This document shows, piece by piece, positions 28,026-38,369 of a stretch of 64,000 nucleotides of DNA. Every line of letters begins with the position of its first letter. Position 1 is the first letter of the stretch. The position numbers and the translations under genes are program-made. The notes under the pieces were generated by a model, which did no database searches, was not told the origin of the DNA, and saw only the letters and a program-made list of their open reading frames with translations. Origin of the DNA: an uncultured candidate division Zixibacteria bacterium (lineage in GTDB: Bacteria > Zixibacteria > MSB-5A5 > UBA10806 > 4484-95); NCBI GenBank assembly GCA_963668625.2, contig CAXXKA010000001.1:64001-128000 (forward strand). The letters are read 5' to 3'.

Positions 28026-29030
28026 ATGAAACGTATCGTGCTGTCGGCGATATTATTATTGCTATTTGGCAGCATCCCGCTAATGGCCCAGGTAAGTCTT
28101 CAGCAATGCTACAACGAGGCTGAACCAAACGCCGGGTACGATAAGTACATCGAGCTCGATCCGGCTATGGAGTATTACGGCGATTTGAGTCTTTATAACG
28201 CCGGCGATATCTGTATCATGGGCAACGGCGCTAAAATCGTGGTTGACCCGGATGATTCCAACCCGATACTGATTACAGTAGCCGCGACTCATCTTGATAT
28301 ACAAAATTGTGTCTTTATCGGTGGGATTGGCGCGATTTATTGCACTGCCAATGCCTCCGGGGATATTCATAACAACACTATGGTTAACCACTCATCCGCC
28401 GCTATTCACACCTATGCGATCGGTGGAACCAACCAGTTATATATCTATGATAATATCATCACCGGTTGTTATGATGGTATTCTCTGTATCGAGGATCAAA
28501 TACCGAGCTATTTTGGTTTTAATACGGTTTATGACTGCACCCGCTATCGATACGCCGAATACTGCGATGAGTGAGGGGGCGGCACTTATTATACTATTTC
28601 CCCCGGTTCGGGGGATCAAGACTTAGACCCTCAGTTTATTGAACCATCCAACAACGATTATAGACTTAACGAGAATTCGCCGTGTATCGGCACGGGCCGC
28701 TACTCCGGTGATAGAGGTGCGTTACCTTTCGTGCCCACAGGTATCGTGGATGGCGATATTTTACCCGAAGCGTTCGAGCTTCATGCCAACTACCCCAACC
28801 CGTTCAACGCCCGGACGATGATAAATTATTCGCTGGATGAACCGGGTATGGTTACGATTAGCGTCTACGATATTCTCGGTCGGAAGATCGAGAATGTCAT
28901 GAGCGGTTATCAGGAGGCAGGCTATCACTCATTGACCTGGGATGCCGGCAGTATGTCCTCGGGTATTTATTTCTACCATATCACCTCCGGCGATAACAGT
29001 CAGACACGGAGAATGACATTAATAAAGTAA
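28026..29030 (+). CDS. Secreted parallel beta-helix protein with T9SS-type C-terminal domain; in-frame TGA at 28572-28574 in a CxxU motif (putative selenoprotein, 334 aa)
   Basis: The ORF-track pieces 28026-28574 and 28731-29030 are in the same frame and separated only by one TGA. The bridge reads ...AEYCDE*GGGTYYTISPGSGDQDLDPQFIEPSNNDYRLNENSPCIGTGRYSGDRGALPF, which contains the typical beta-helix C-cap DPxF..DYxL..SPCIxxG..DxGA. Signal peptide and GAGGAGG RBS are present. Confidence 0.78.
28599..28615 (+). promoter_or_regulatory. Candidate bacterial SECIS apical hairpin
   Basis: TCCCCCG-GTT-CGGGGGA: 7-bp stem, apical loop starting with GU, 31 nt after the TGA. Confidence 0.6.
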
Positions 29031-29054
29031 GTTACTACGTTTTGTGATAATTAT

Positions 29055-29082
29055 AAAAGCCGGTTTTACGACCGGCTTTTTT
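29055..29082 (+). terminator. Intrinsic terminator
   Basis: AAAAGCCGGT-TTTACG-ACCGGCTTTTTT, about 25 nt after the stop at 29030. Confidence 0.85.
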
Positions 29083-29149
29083 ATACCATCAATTCGATCG
29101 AGAGAAGCGATTAAAGTCCCGTAATGTATCACTCGCGATGGCTAACGCC

Positions 29150-29311
29150 GAGGATTTTGCCATTGAAAACAAATGACTGGGAGTATTTTTTCACTAAGCA
29201 GGAAGGAATCCACTCCTTCCTGCTTTTTGCATACAGTATGTCACCGGTAAAAGATAAACAAAGGGCTTCGTCCGCCCAGCGACTCGTAAGACAGATTTTT
29301 CAACAATCCTC
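29150..29311 (-). repeat. MITE/REPIN-like palindromic element, copy 3 (inverted)
   Basis: The reverse complement begins GAGGATTGTTGAAAAATCTGTCTTACGAGTCGCTGGGCGGACGAAGCCCTTTGTTTATCTTTTACCGGTGACATACTGTATGC, colinear with copies 1 and 2. Confidence 0.65.
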
Positions 29312-29410
29312 ATGAGATGGGGCGCCCCATTATTACAAAAATATTTGAGTCATAAAAAGCCACGATAGTCTCCTAAATCATTTAAACTGTTAATTTTAAT
29401 GCTAAGATAA

Positions 29411-29426
29411 AGGCATGAATATTGCC
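29411..29426 (+). promoter_or_regulatory. sigma54-like -24/-12 element upstream of the IS256 insertion
   Basis: AGGCATG-AATA-TTGCC, nearly identical to the 11555-11570 promoter; the opposite strand also gives GG-N10-GC. Confidence 0.45.
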
Positions 29427-29520
29427 TGTATTAGTATATATAAAAATGGTGTCAAGAATGAAACCGGAGGGATTGAAATCAGAGTTTAAAGTAGCAAAAG
29501 GTAACCTTTTGAATACAAAA

Positions 29521-30815
29521 ATTAGTGTAAATTCAATTGTGTAAATTTGTATTTATTGATGTATTAAAGAATTACGGGTATATCCAGCAGAAAACGCTAA
29601 TCTTCAAGGAGGATATACCCGTGAAACCACTTAGGTTTGCTGATGAAAATGTAGGTTATGTATTTGCCGGAGTCAAGAGTTATTGGGAGGAGGATGTTCG
29701 GGGTGTGGTGTTGAAGCATGCTCGCCGTCATTTGGAACGGATGTTGAATGTTGAGTTTAGGATAGCGGTTGGCTGCGGAAAGTATGAGCGGAGTGAGGAG
29801 CGGGCGGATTATCGGAATGGTTATTACCGTCGGGGTTTGCTGAGTTTATACGGCTGGTTAGAGGAGGTAAAGGTTCCCCGGCTGCGTTATGGCAGCTTTG
29901 AGTCGAGTGTCTTGCGGAAGCACAAACGGCGTTCGCAGCTATTGGATCGGCTGATTTTAGAGGGCTTTCTGCTTGGTCATTCTACCCGCAAGACAGCACG
30001 GATGTTCAAGCGGGCCTATGGTGAAAGCATCAGCGCCCAGGCTGTCTCGAACGTAGTTAAGGCATTAAACGATGAGGTTGGCAGCTTCCACTGTCGGGCT
30101 TTGGGCGATGATTATCGTTTTATTCATCTGGATGGTTTATGGGTGAAGATAACCTCTCCGGTTAAGGTGAAGAAGGTGTTGCTTGTGGCCTACGGTGTCC
30201 GTCACGATGGCAGCCGTGAGCTTATCGACTTCATGCTGGCTGGCTCTGAGAGCGAGGCCTACTGGTGGGGCTTTCTGTCGGATCTCAAGCAGCGAGGTCT
30301 GCGCGGTCATTTGTTGGAGGTTGTTGTTCACGATGGTGGTAAGGGGCTGATTAAAGCTCTGGCCGGGTTATATCCGCGGGTGAAATCACAGCAATGTGTC
30401 TTCCACAAGCTGTCGAATATCAGCCAGAATCTGGATGAACGTAAAAACCGCAGCCGAATCACCAGGGATGCTGCTGCGGTCTATCAGGCCGAGACGGAGA
30501 AAGAGTTGAAGGCACGATTGAAAGCTTTCAAGGCCAAATGGCGATTGAAAGAACCTAAAGCTGTTCGATCATTTATTCGCGGCTTTGATCGAACACTGAT
30601 TTATCGAGAATATGCTGAACCTGAAAGAACTCAAATAAAGACCAATAATCCTCTGGAGCGATATCTGGAGGAATTGCAAAGGAGGATAAAACCGTTCAGG
30701 AAATTTGTTAATGCCAAAAGTGTTGATCGAATCGTTTATGGAATAGTCGCTTATGTGCTGGATAACCGAAAATCTGAAAATCATTACAAATTTACACAAT
30801 TCCCTTGATAAGATC
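29521..30815 (+). mobile_element. IS256-family insertion sequence (1295 bp) with 8-bp target-site duplication ATACAAAA
   Basis: ATACAAAA at 29513-29520 and 30816-30823. A perfect 17-bp subterminal inverted repeat AATTGTGTAAATTTGTA (29535-29551) / TACAAATTTACACAATT (30785-30801) lies 14 nt inside each end. Confidence 0.9.
29621..30808 (+). CDS. IS256 (Mutator-like) DDE transposase
   Basis: 'YRNGYYRRGL', 'VPRLR', 'IHLDG', 'VHDGGKGL', 'QQCVFHK', 'TNNPLERYLEELQRR'; GTG 29621 after an AAGGAGG RBS. Confidence 0.93.
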   Translation: MKPLRFADENVGYVFAGVKSYWEEDVRGVVLKHARRHLERMLNVEFRIAVGCGKYERSEERADYRNGYYRRGLLSLYGWLEEVKVPRLRYGSFESSVLRKHKRRSQLLDRLILEGFLLGHSTRKTARMFKRAYGESISAQAVSNVVKALNDEVGSFHCRALGDDYRFIHLDGLWVKITSPVKVKKVLLVAYGVRHDGSRELIDFMLAGSESEAYWWGFLSDLKQRGLRGHLLEVVVHDGGKGLIKALAGLYPRVKSQQCVFHKLSNISQNLDERKNRSRITRDAAAVYQAETEKELKARLKAFKAKWRLKEPKAVRSFIRGFDRTLIYREYAEPERTQIKTNNPLERYLEELQRRIKPFRKFVNAKSVDRIVYGIVAYVLDNRKSENHYKFTQFP

Positions 30816-30841
30816 ATACAAAAGGATTGTCATAATAACGA

Positions 30842-30869
30842 TTGACAAACGTCCTATTAATGCTACATT
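30842..30869 (+). promoter_or_regulatory. sigma70-type promoter for the C1 peptidase
   Basis: TTGACA-16 nt-TACATT with a TG extension. Confidence 0.5.
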
Positions 30870-30904
30870 TTAAATAAATGCGAAAGTCAATGCAAGGAGA
30901 TAAA

Positions 30905-33022
30905 ATGCGCAAACCAACTACCATTATAACGTTACTCGTGGTTATGGTGTTTTCATTGTCATATGCCGGGGATTACGATCCGACCGCGGAAATAGAAGCG
31001 GTTAAGGCTAAAATCGCTGCCGAGGGACTTGGTTGGCAGGCCGGCTATAACCCGGTTTTAGATATCCCGCCGGAGGAACGCGATAACCTTCTGGGACTAT
31101 ATATCCCCGATGATGTTCGGGCTCGTTTCGAATATCTTAACAGCCTGCCCCAACCGGCTCTTCTGACAACCCATGATTATTTCGACTGGCGCGAGTTCGA
31201 TTGCGTGTCACCGGTTGATGATCAACGTACCTGTGGTTCCTGCTGGGATTTCGCGGCTACGCACGCTTTCGAGTCGGCGTATATAATCGCTACCGGCGAG
31301 GTGGAGGATTTCTCCGAACAGCAGAGCCTTGTTTGCAATACCGGCGGTTCCGACTGCGGCGGCGGCTGGATGGAGGATACCTACGAGGTGTTCATGGACT
31401 ACGGCGCGATCGAGGAGGAGTGCATGCCTTATCGTGCTAATGATAACTACCCCTGCACCCAGGATGAATGCAATCCGGTGGCGTATCTCAACGGTTATAT
31501 CGATGTCGCCAATAATGTCAATTCGATTAAAAATGCGCTTATGTACGGCCCGCTGTCGACTACCTTTACTGTCTATGATGATTTTTACTCTTATCATGGC
31601 GGATGCTATGATCACCCTGATGTCGAGCCACTCAATCACGCCGTGGTTATCGTTGGTTGGGATGATAATATGTGTGATGGCGAAGGCGCCTGGATTGTCA
31701 AGAATAGCTGGAACACCTCGTTCGGTGTTGATGGCTTTTTCTATATGAAATACACTGCCGCCGGTATCGGCGATTTCAGCCAACGTCCCGTATATGCCGA
31801 TATAGAATTACCGCAGCTTTCACTGGCCCCTGACTCAATCGGCGTTGAGCTTGTCTCCGGCGCTACCGAGACGATTAATCTCGAGATGGATAATGGCGGC
31901 GAGGGACCTCTTCGCTATAAAATCGGCCTCGGTCAGCCAGAGGGGCAGGATGAGTTCGGTTATTACTGGCGCGACAGTAACGATAACGACGGCCCCCAGT
32001 ATAGCTGGATCGATATCACTGAGATCGGCGATGTGATCGAATTCCCGGATTTCGCCCGCGATGACGGTAACTCAGGTTGGGTCGGTTTAGGATTCGGATT
32101 CGATTATTATGGCCGTCAATACGAAAGATTGAAAATCTGTACCAATGGCTGGGCCACTTTCATGGATGGTTATTTCGTCAACCCCGATAACCTCGGTTTC
32201 CCGGATGAGACATTGCCTAACGATATATTGGCGCCATATTGGGATGATCTCACCATCGAGTATTACGGTGATATCTATTTCTATTCCAATGATGTCGATA
32301 CCGCGATCATCACCTGGGATGGCGTTGCCAGCGCCCAGGATAATTCGCAGTACACTTTCCAGATTATACTCACCGCTCCCGATAATATCGTATTCCAATA
32401 CAACTCCATGAGTCCTGCGAATAGAGAGGGCGGTTCGATCGGTATCGAGAACCGTACCGCTACGATCGGTCTCGAGGTTGCCAGAAACGAGGCGTATGTG
32501 GAGGATGAGCTGGCGGTCGAGTTCTATCTGGGCGATTCCAACTCACTCGATTGGCTGCAAATAGGTTCGGAGACAGGTATCATTGAAGCTGACTCTGATA
32601 TGCTAATTCCAATAACACTCGATGCTACCGGCCTGGATGATGGGCTCTATAGCGCGGTTTTGAGGATTTTAACCAACGATTATAACATGCTGGTTAACGA
32701 AATTCCGCTCGATATGTATGTCGGTATCGTGGATATTAATCAGCCCGAGGCTTTGCCCGGTGAGTTTAAGCTCGATTCGGTTTATCCGAATCCATTCAAC
32801 GCTGAAACCATGATAAGTTTCAACCTGGCCAGGCAGGGGAGAGTATCGCTCGATATTTATAATGTCATGGGTCAGAATGTGGAAACGCTATGCAATGATA
32901 TCATGAACGCGGGCGAACACTCTGTTATTTGGAATGCTTCTGTTTACTCCTCGGGTATTTATTTCATAAGGCTTTCTGACGGTGTAATTTCACGCTCAGA
33001 AAGGGTGACATTGATCAAGTAA
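30905..33022 (+). CDS. Papain-like (C1A) cysteine peptidase with T9SS-type C-terminal domain
   Basis: 'DQRTCGSCWDF' (Gln/Cys), 'NHAVVIVGW' (His), 'WIVKNSW' (Asn), signal peptide, CTD 'YPNPFNAET...VTLIK'; ATG 30905 after AGGAGA. Confidence 0.92.
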   Translation: MRKPTTIITLLVVMVFSLSYAGDYDPTAEIEAVKAKIAAEGLGWQAGYNPVLDIPPEERDNLLGLYIPDDVRARFEYLNSLPQPALLTTHDYFDWREFDCVSPVDDQRTCGSCWDFAATHAFESAYIIATGEVEDFSEQQSLVCNTGGSDCGGGWMEDTYEVFMDYGAIEEECMPYRANDNYPCTQDECNPVAYLNGYIDVANNVNSIKNALMYGPLSTTFTVYDDFYSYHGGCYDHPDVEPLNHAVVIVGWDDNMCDGEGAWIVKNSWNTSFGVDGFFYMKYTAAGIGDFSQRPVYADIELPQLSLAPDSIGVELVSGATETINLEMDNGGEGPLRYKIGLGQPEGQDEFGYYWRDSNDNDGPQYSWIDITEIGDVIEFPDFARDDGNSGWVGLGFGFDYYGRQYERLKICTNGWATFMDGYFVNPDNLGFPDETLPNDILAPYWDDLTIEYYGDIYFYSNDVDTAIITWDGVASAQDNSQYTFQIILTAPDNIVFQYNSMSPANREGGSIGIENRTATIGLEVARNEAYVEDELAVEFYLGDSNSLDWLQIGSETGIIEADSDMLIPITLDATGLDDGLYSAVLRILTNDYNMLVNEIPLDMYVGIVDINQPEALPGEFKLDSVYPNPFNAETMISFNLARQGRVSLDIYNVMGQNVETLCNDIMNAGEHSVIWNASVYSSGIYFIRLSDGVISRSERVTLIK

Positions 33023-33050
33023 TACTTTATCTTTTAATAGGTTAAAGACC

Positions 33051-33078
33051 AAAAGCCGGGTTTAGCTCCCGGCTTTTT
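33051..33078 (+). terminator. Intrinsic terminator
   Basis: AAAAGCCGGG...CCCGGCTTTTT. Confidence 0.85.
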
Positions 33079-33210
33079 CTATTGTCTCAGACATTGATTT
33101 TCCGCTTTCTTTTTGCAGATTTTTATATATACTATAATTGTAGGCTGCTGTGGGGAGAGAAAAGTTTACATAGGTTTAAAGTTATAGGCTCTTTTATTCC
33201 AAATTAACAG

Positions 33211-36200
33211 ATGGAGGTAGTTTTGAGGAAGTTGCTATTGAATCTGGCCCTGGTGTTTGTATTATGTGCTGGAGTTGCCTTTGGCGCTCAGACCGTAACG
33301 GTTGGTACATCACAAACCGATGTAGCATTGTTGCATCAGGATCAGGTCTCTCTCACCATGCAGGTTGATATCGGCGAAGTTGGTTTCGTGCCGATTTCAA
33401 CTAATGCCGGGTCGTTCGTTATGATGGCCGTGGATGGTTTCGCCCGTTCACACGATATCGGACAACCCGATCTGCCTGTGGTCAACCGTATTATTTCGAT
33501 CCCCTTCGGTTGCACTATGCGCGCGGAAGTCATAAATGCGGAGTTCGAGGAGATAAATCTCGCGGACTATGGTATTAGCGAACTGGTGATGCCGTCACAG
33601 CCGTCACTTTCAAAATCAGATGATCCCGACTATGTCGAGTTTCAGATGAACGATCAAGCTTACGCGACCGCCGGTTATACCGGTATGCCGCTGGTTCAAA
33701 CAGAAGTCCTTGGTATCATGCGCGCCCATCGCCTGGGCAAGGTTTCTGTAGCGCCGTTCGAGTATGATCCCGTTCTGAACAAAGTCAAAGTCTATACGAA
33801 TATCGAACTCAGAGTTCAATTCGATAATGCTGATTGGTTAACCACTCAGCAAAAACAACGCGATCTGTATTCGCCTTTCTACGAGGTCGTCTATAGCAAG
33901 TTTTTCAACTATAACGATGACTACCCGGTTATCCTCGATGATCTCGTTAACTATCCCGTAACATACGTGATCATTGCCGATCGTATGTTCGAGTCTCAGT
34001 TGCAGCCGGTTATCGAGTGGAAAACCCTGAAAGGTTTCACGGTCATAACCGCCTACACCGATGAGATCGGTTTTGATAATAGCGCGATTCGCGGCTATAT
34101 CCAGGATCTGTACAATAACAATACTCCGGCGCCGTCATTCGTACTGTTGGTCGGTGATGATCAGCAGATCCCGGCGTTCCCGTATAGCGGACATATCTCG
34201 GACCTCGATTTCTGCGAGTTCACCGGTGATCATATTCCGGAAATATACTACGGTCGCTGGTCTGCGCAAAACCCGGCCCAGCTTCAGCCGCAGATCGATA
34301 AAACTCTCGAATACGAAATGTTAACCATGCCCGATCCGAGCTATCTCGAGGGCGTGACTCTCGTTGTCGGTGTCGATCCCAGCCACGCTCCTACCTATGG
34401 CAACGGCCAGGTCAACTACGGTACCGACTACTATTTCAACGCTGCGCATAGCGTTGAAGCCAATGTCTGGTTATATCCTGCCTCGGATGATCCGAGTGCC
34501 GGCCCCGCTATCAGAGAGACAATCAACGATGGTATCGGGCTCGTAAACTACTCGGCTCACTGCGGTCACGATGGCTGGAGTGACCCGTCGTTTACCTCTG
34601 ATGATATCCGAAACCTCAATAACGAGCACAAGTATCTGTTGAGTATCGGTAATTGCTGTGAGTCTAACACATTTGGCGATGACTACAGCACTCCGTGTTT
34701 CGGTGAAACCTGGCTTCAGGAAGAGGGCAAAGGCGGTTACGGTCACATCGGTGGTTCCAATTCCACTTACTGGGATGAGGACTACTGGTGGGGTGTCGGC
34801 GCCGGCCCGGTGCTTGCCAACCCGACCTACGAGCAGACCGGTTTAGGCGCTTATGATGGTATGTTCCACGAGCACGGTGAGCCCGTTACCGATCATTATA
34901 TAACCAGTGATGCTATCGTATTTTGCGGTAACCTCGCGGTTATGGAAGGTGGCGGCGATTCCGATTACTACTGGGAAATTTATCACCTGATGGGTGATCC
35001 CTCGATTATCAACTATATAGGCATTCCCACCGAAAATAACATCGTGCACGACCCGGTAGTGCTTTTAACCGCTCCGTCGTTCGCAGTTAGCGCCGAGCCC
35101 GGCTCCTATGTCAGTATTTCCATGGACGGTGTGATTCACGGCCAGGGCTTTGTCGATGCATCCGGCCAGGTAGAGATTCTGCTGGACGCTTTCTCGATGC
35201 CCGGCACCGCTGATATCGTTATCACTGCCCAGAACAAACAGCCTTATATAGAGACAATAGCCGTTATCACCCCGAGTGGACCTTACGTGGTATTCAATGA
35301 ATACACTATCGATGATTCGGAAGGTAACGATAACGGTGAGATCGAGATCGGCGAATCGATAAGCCTAGATATAGAGCTTGTCAATGTCGGCCCCGATAAT
35401 GCTAATGATATTACGGCTACCTTATCCACCGAGGATGAATTGATTACCATTACCGATGATAACGCTGATTTCGGCGATATTGCCGGTGATTTCGGTACTG
35501 CCTCGGTTGCTGGTGCGTTCGCGTTTGATGTCCCTGCCGATGTCGAAGACGGTCATACTGTCAGGTTCATGATTTCCGCCACCGATGGCGACAGTACCTG
35601 GGTCAGCTATTTTACCAATACGATTTATGCTCCCGAATTAGGTTTCGTCGGATTGGCTCTTGATGATTCAGAAGGCAACGGCAATGGCATTATCGATCCG
35701 GGTGAAACCGTAGAAATTACCGTTACGATTGAAAATACCGGTTCGGCTACGGCGATGAGCGTCGCAGGCGTCCTTTCCGAGGAAGATGATTACGTAACGA
35801 TATCACAAGCTAACGCCGGTTTCGGTAATATCGATCCCGAATCGACCGCCGATAACTCCTCCGAAGTATTCATCGTTACAGCCGGTGCTGATTACCCGGT
35901 TGGTCATTCCGCTTTGTTTACTTTAGATTTGACAGAGGGTAACGGCTATGAGACCTCGATGCAATTTACACTTACCAACCTCGAATCGTTCGAGTATGGT
36001 AACGGCGGTTACACCGGCGAAGGCGTTTGGGAGTGGGGCGTTCCGAGTTCCGGCCCGGGTGCCGCTTACGATGGCGAAAAAGTTTGGTGTACCGTTCTCG
36101 ACGGTGAATATCCTGACGATTGCGATGATGGTCTCGTGACCCCGTACTATAGCATAGATGTGCCGGGAGCTTTCCTGTCATATTATCACTGGTACAATAA

Positions 36201-37870
36201 CGAGGAAGACTATGATGGTGTTCAGCTTTTGATCACCACCGATGGTTCTAACTGGGAACTGATCACTCCTAATGGCGGCTATCCGATTTCGGAAGTGCTT
36301 GGCCTTGATGATACCCCTGGTTTCTCCGGTGAAGCTACCAGTTGGCAGGAAGTCTATTTCGATCTATCCGCCTACGAAGGCGAAACGGTTAAGATCAAAT
36401 TCCGTTTCGGTAGCGATGGTTCGCAACAACGTCCCGGTTATTATTTCGATGGCGTCGTGTTCTACGGTGGTACCATGAGAGCACCGGAGGCATCTTTGTC
36501 TTGTCCCTCGATGGATATTGATGTCATGCAGGGCGACTCGCATGACGTGCAGATGACTCTTTCCAACAACGGTGATGCTCAGCTTAATTATAATGTAGTT
36601 GTGCTTACCGATCTGGCATTGAGTGCTACCGATGATACCGAAAGAAGCTACACCGGCCAGGTATTCGAGTCCAAAGAAGGCCATATCATGGACGAGAACG
36701 GTTCGATCAAGGTAACGGGCGAATCACCGTTCAACTACGATGATGTAATTACCAGTATTGGTGGCCCGGATGGATTCGGCTACACTTACATAGACTCCGA
36801 TGAGGAGAACGGCCCGCATTACGAGTGGAAAGATATCACCGGAATCGGTTCGGCGATCACTTTCAACGGTGGAACAAATCCGAACGATGACGGTTACTCC
36901 AATTCTATCTCGATGGGCATGAATTTCGAGTTTTACGGTGTTCCTGTCACCGATATTCAGGTCAGCACCAACGGTTGGGTTTCTTTCAATGACTACACGA
37001 TCCTCTTATCTCACCAACGCCGGCATCCCCGGTACCAGTGATCCAAACAATATGATTGCCGTATTGTGGGATGATCTCAATGGTTATGAAGGCACCTGCT
37101 ACTACTACTACGATGAGACAGAGAATCAATTCATCGTCTCCTGGACCGATTGGGGTTTCTATATTTACGGTGGTGATTCTCGTCGGTATGACATGCAGGT
37201 TATTCTTGATGGCGATGATAACTCGATTCTTTTACAATATGGTGATATCTCCGAGGGAGAATACGATAGTGATATTTCCGTCGGTATAGAAAACGCTGAT
37301 GGTGATGTCGGGCTTGAGTACGCCTATGACAACTTTACCGGCTCAGGCGGTCTGGCTATCAAGTTCAGCTATCCTCTGTTCTGGCTGACCGTGGACCCGA
37401 CTGTCGGCTATGTCATGCCCGAAGGTTCGCAGGTATTCGATGTCAACTTCAATTCGGCTGAACTCGAACAGGGTACCTATTACGGTGAGATTCGTATTAA
37501 CACCAACGATCCCAACAACGGCATGTTCAGCGTACCATGTACTTTGAACGTAGGCCCGGTCGGTATCGATGATTATTCATCGGCTGTTCCGAATGCGTTC
37601 GCGCTGAATCAGAACTATCCCAACCCGTTCAACCCGACTACCGAGATCTCGTTCGGCTTGCCGACCGCCGGTCACGTTAGCCTTGAGGTTTATGATGTCA
37701 TGGGTCGCAAAGTCAGTATCGTCGTTGACGAGGAGATGGCTGCCGGTACCCATAGCATAATCTGGGATGGTAATAACTTATCAGGTGAGAAGGTTACCTC
37801 GGGCGTTTATTTCTACAAACTCTCGCAGGGTGATAACACTACCACCAAAAAGATGATAATGTTGAAATAG
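33211..37870 (+). CDS. Gingipain-like (C25, Kgp-type) cysteine peptidase with propeptide, Ig-like/jelly-roll modules and T9SS CTD; frameshifted near 37000
   Basis: Propeptide 'PSQPSLSKS', 'FVLLVGD', 'IPEIYYGRWSA', catalytic 'NYSAHC' and 'IGNCC', 'TYWDEDYWW', 'YHLMGDPS'. The CTD 'QNYPNPFNP..KMIMLK' lies in the second frame (36938-37870). Confidence 0.85.
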
Positions 37871-37900
37871 AATAAAGCAAAACCTCTGCTTTTGAAGGAG

Positions 37901-37934
37901 GAAGGGCGGTCATGCAAATGACCGCTCTTTTTTT
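37901..37934 (+). terminator. Intrinsic terminator
   Basis: GGGCGGTCAT-GCAA-ATGACCGCTC followed by T7. Confidence 0.85.
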
Positions 37935-37982
37935 ATGCTAAAAACTACCGGCCCGGTAGCCGGTGGCAGTTTATTCAAGCAT

Positions 37983-38011
37983 AAAAAAAACCTCAACGAA
38001 ATGCTGAGGCT
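37983..38011 (-). terminator. Intrinsic terminator of rpmB
   Basis: Minus strand GCCTCAGC-ATTTC-GTTGAGGT followed by a T tract. Confidence 0.7.
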
Positions 38012-38038
38012 TGAAATTTTCCGGTCTTGAGAAGCTAT

Positions 38039-38224
38039 CTATTTTATAACCTTACCAGCTTTGATACATCTGGTACAGACCTTCATCTTTTTCGGGCGGC
38101 CATTTACCTTAGCATGGACGGTTTGTAAATTAGGCTTAAACCGTCTGAGCGTAAGGTGGTGCGAGTGACTGACATTATGACCGATTCCGGGTCTTTTTCC
38201 GCATATTTCGCAAACTTGAGCCAT
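38039..38224 (-). CDS. rpmB: 50S ribosomal protein L28 (Zn-ribbon form)
   Basis: [10 protein letters not shown]...[18 protein letters not shown]...VCTRCIK; AGGAGG RBS. Confidence 0.96.
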   Translation of the reverse strand: MAQVCEICGKRPGIGHNVSHSHHLTLRRFKPNLQTVHAKVNGRPKKMKVCTRCIKAGKVIK

Positions 38225-38334
38225 ACTTTTCCTCCTGTATGCCTAATCGGCAATCGAGTCTGAATATATACATTATATCGTTTAATGCAAGCCTTTTTTT
38301 AGCCGCCAAGTATACTCATAGTCAATGGATTAGC

Positions 38335-38363
38335 TTGACAGTCTATTTTATCTGGCGTATTAT
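38335..38363 (+). promoter_or_regulatory. sigma70 promoter of recG
   Basis: TTGACA-17 nt-TATTAT. Confidence 0.7.
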
Positions 38364-38369
38364 CCCGGT

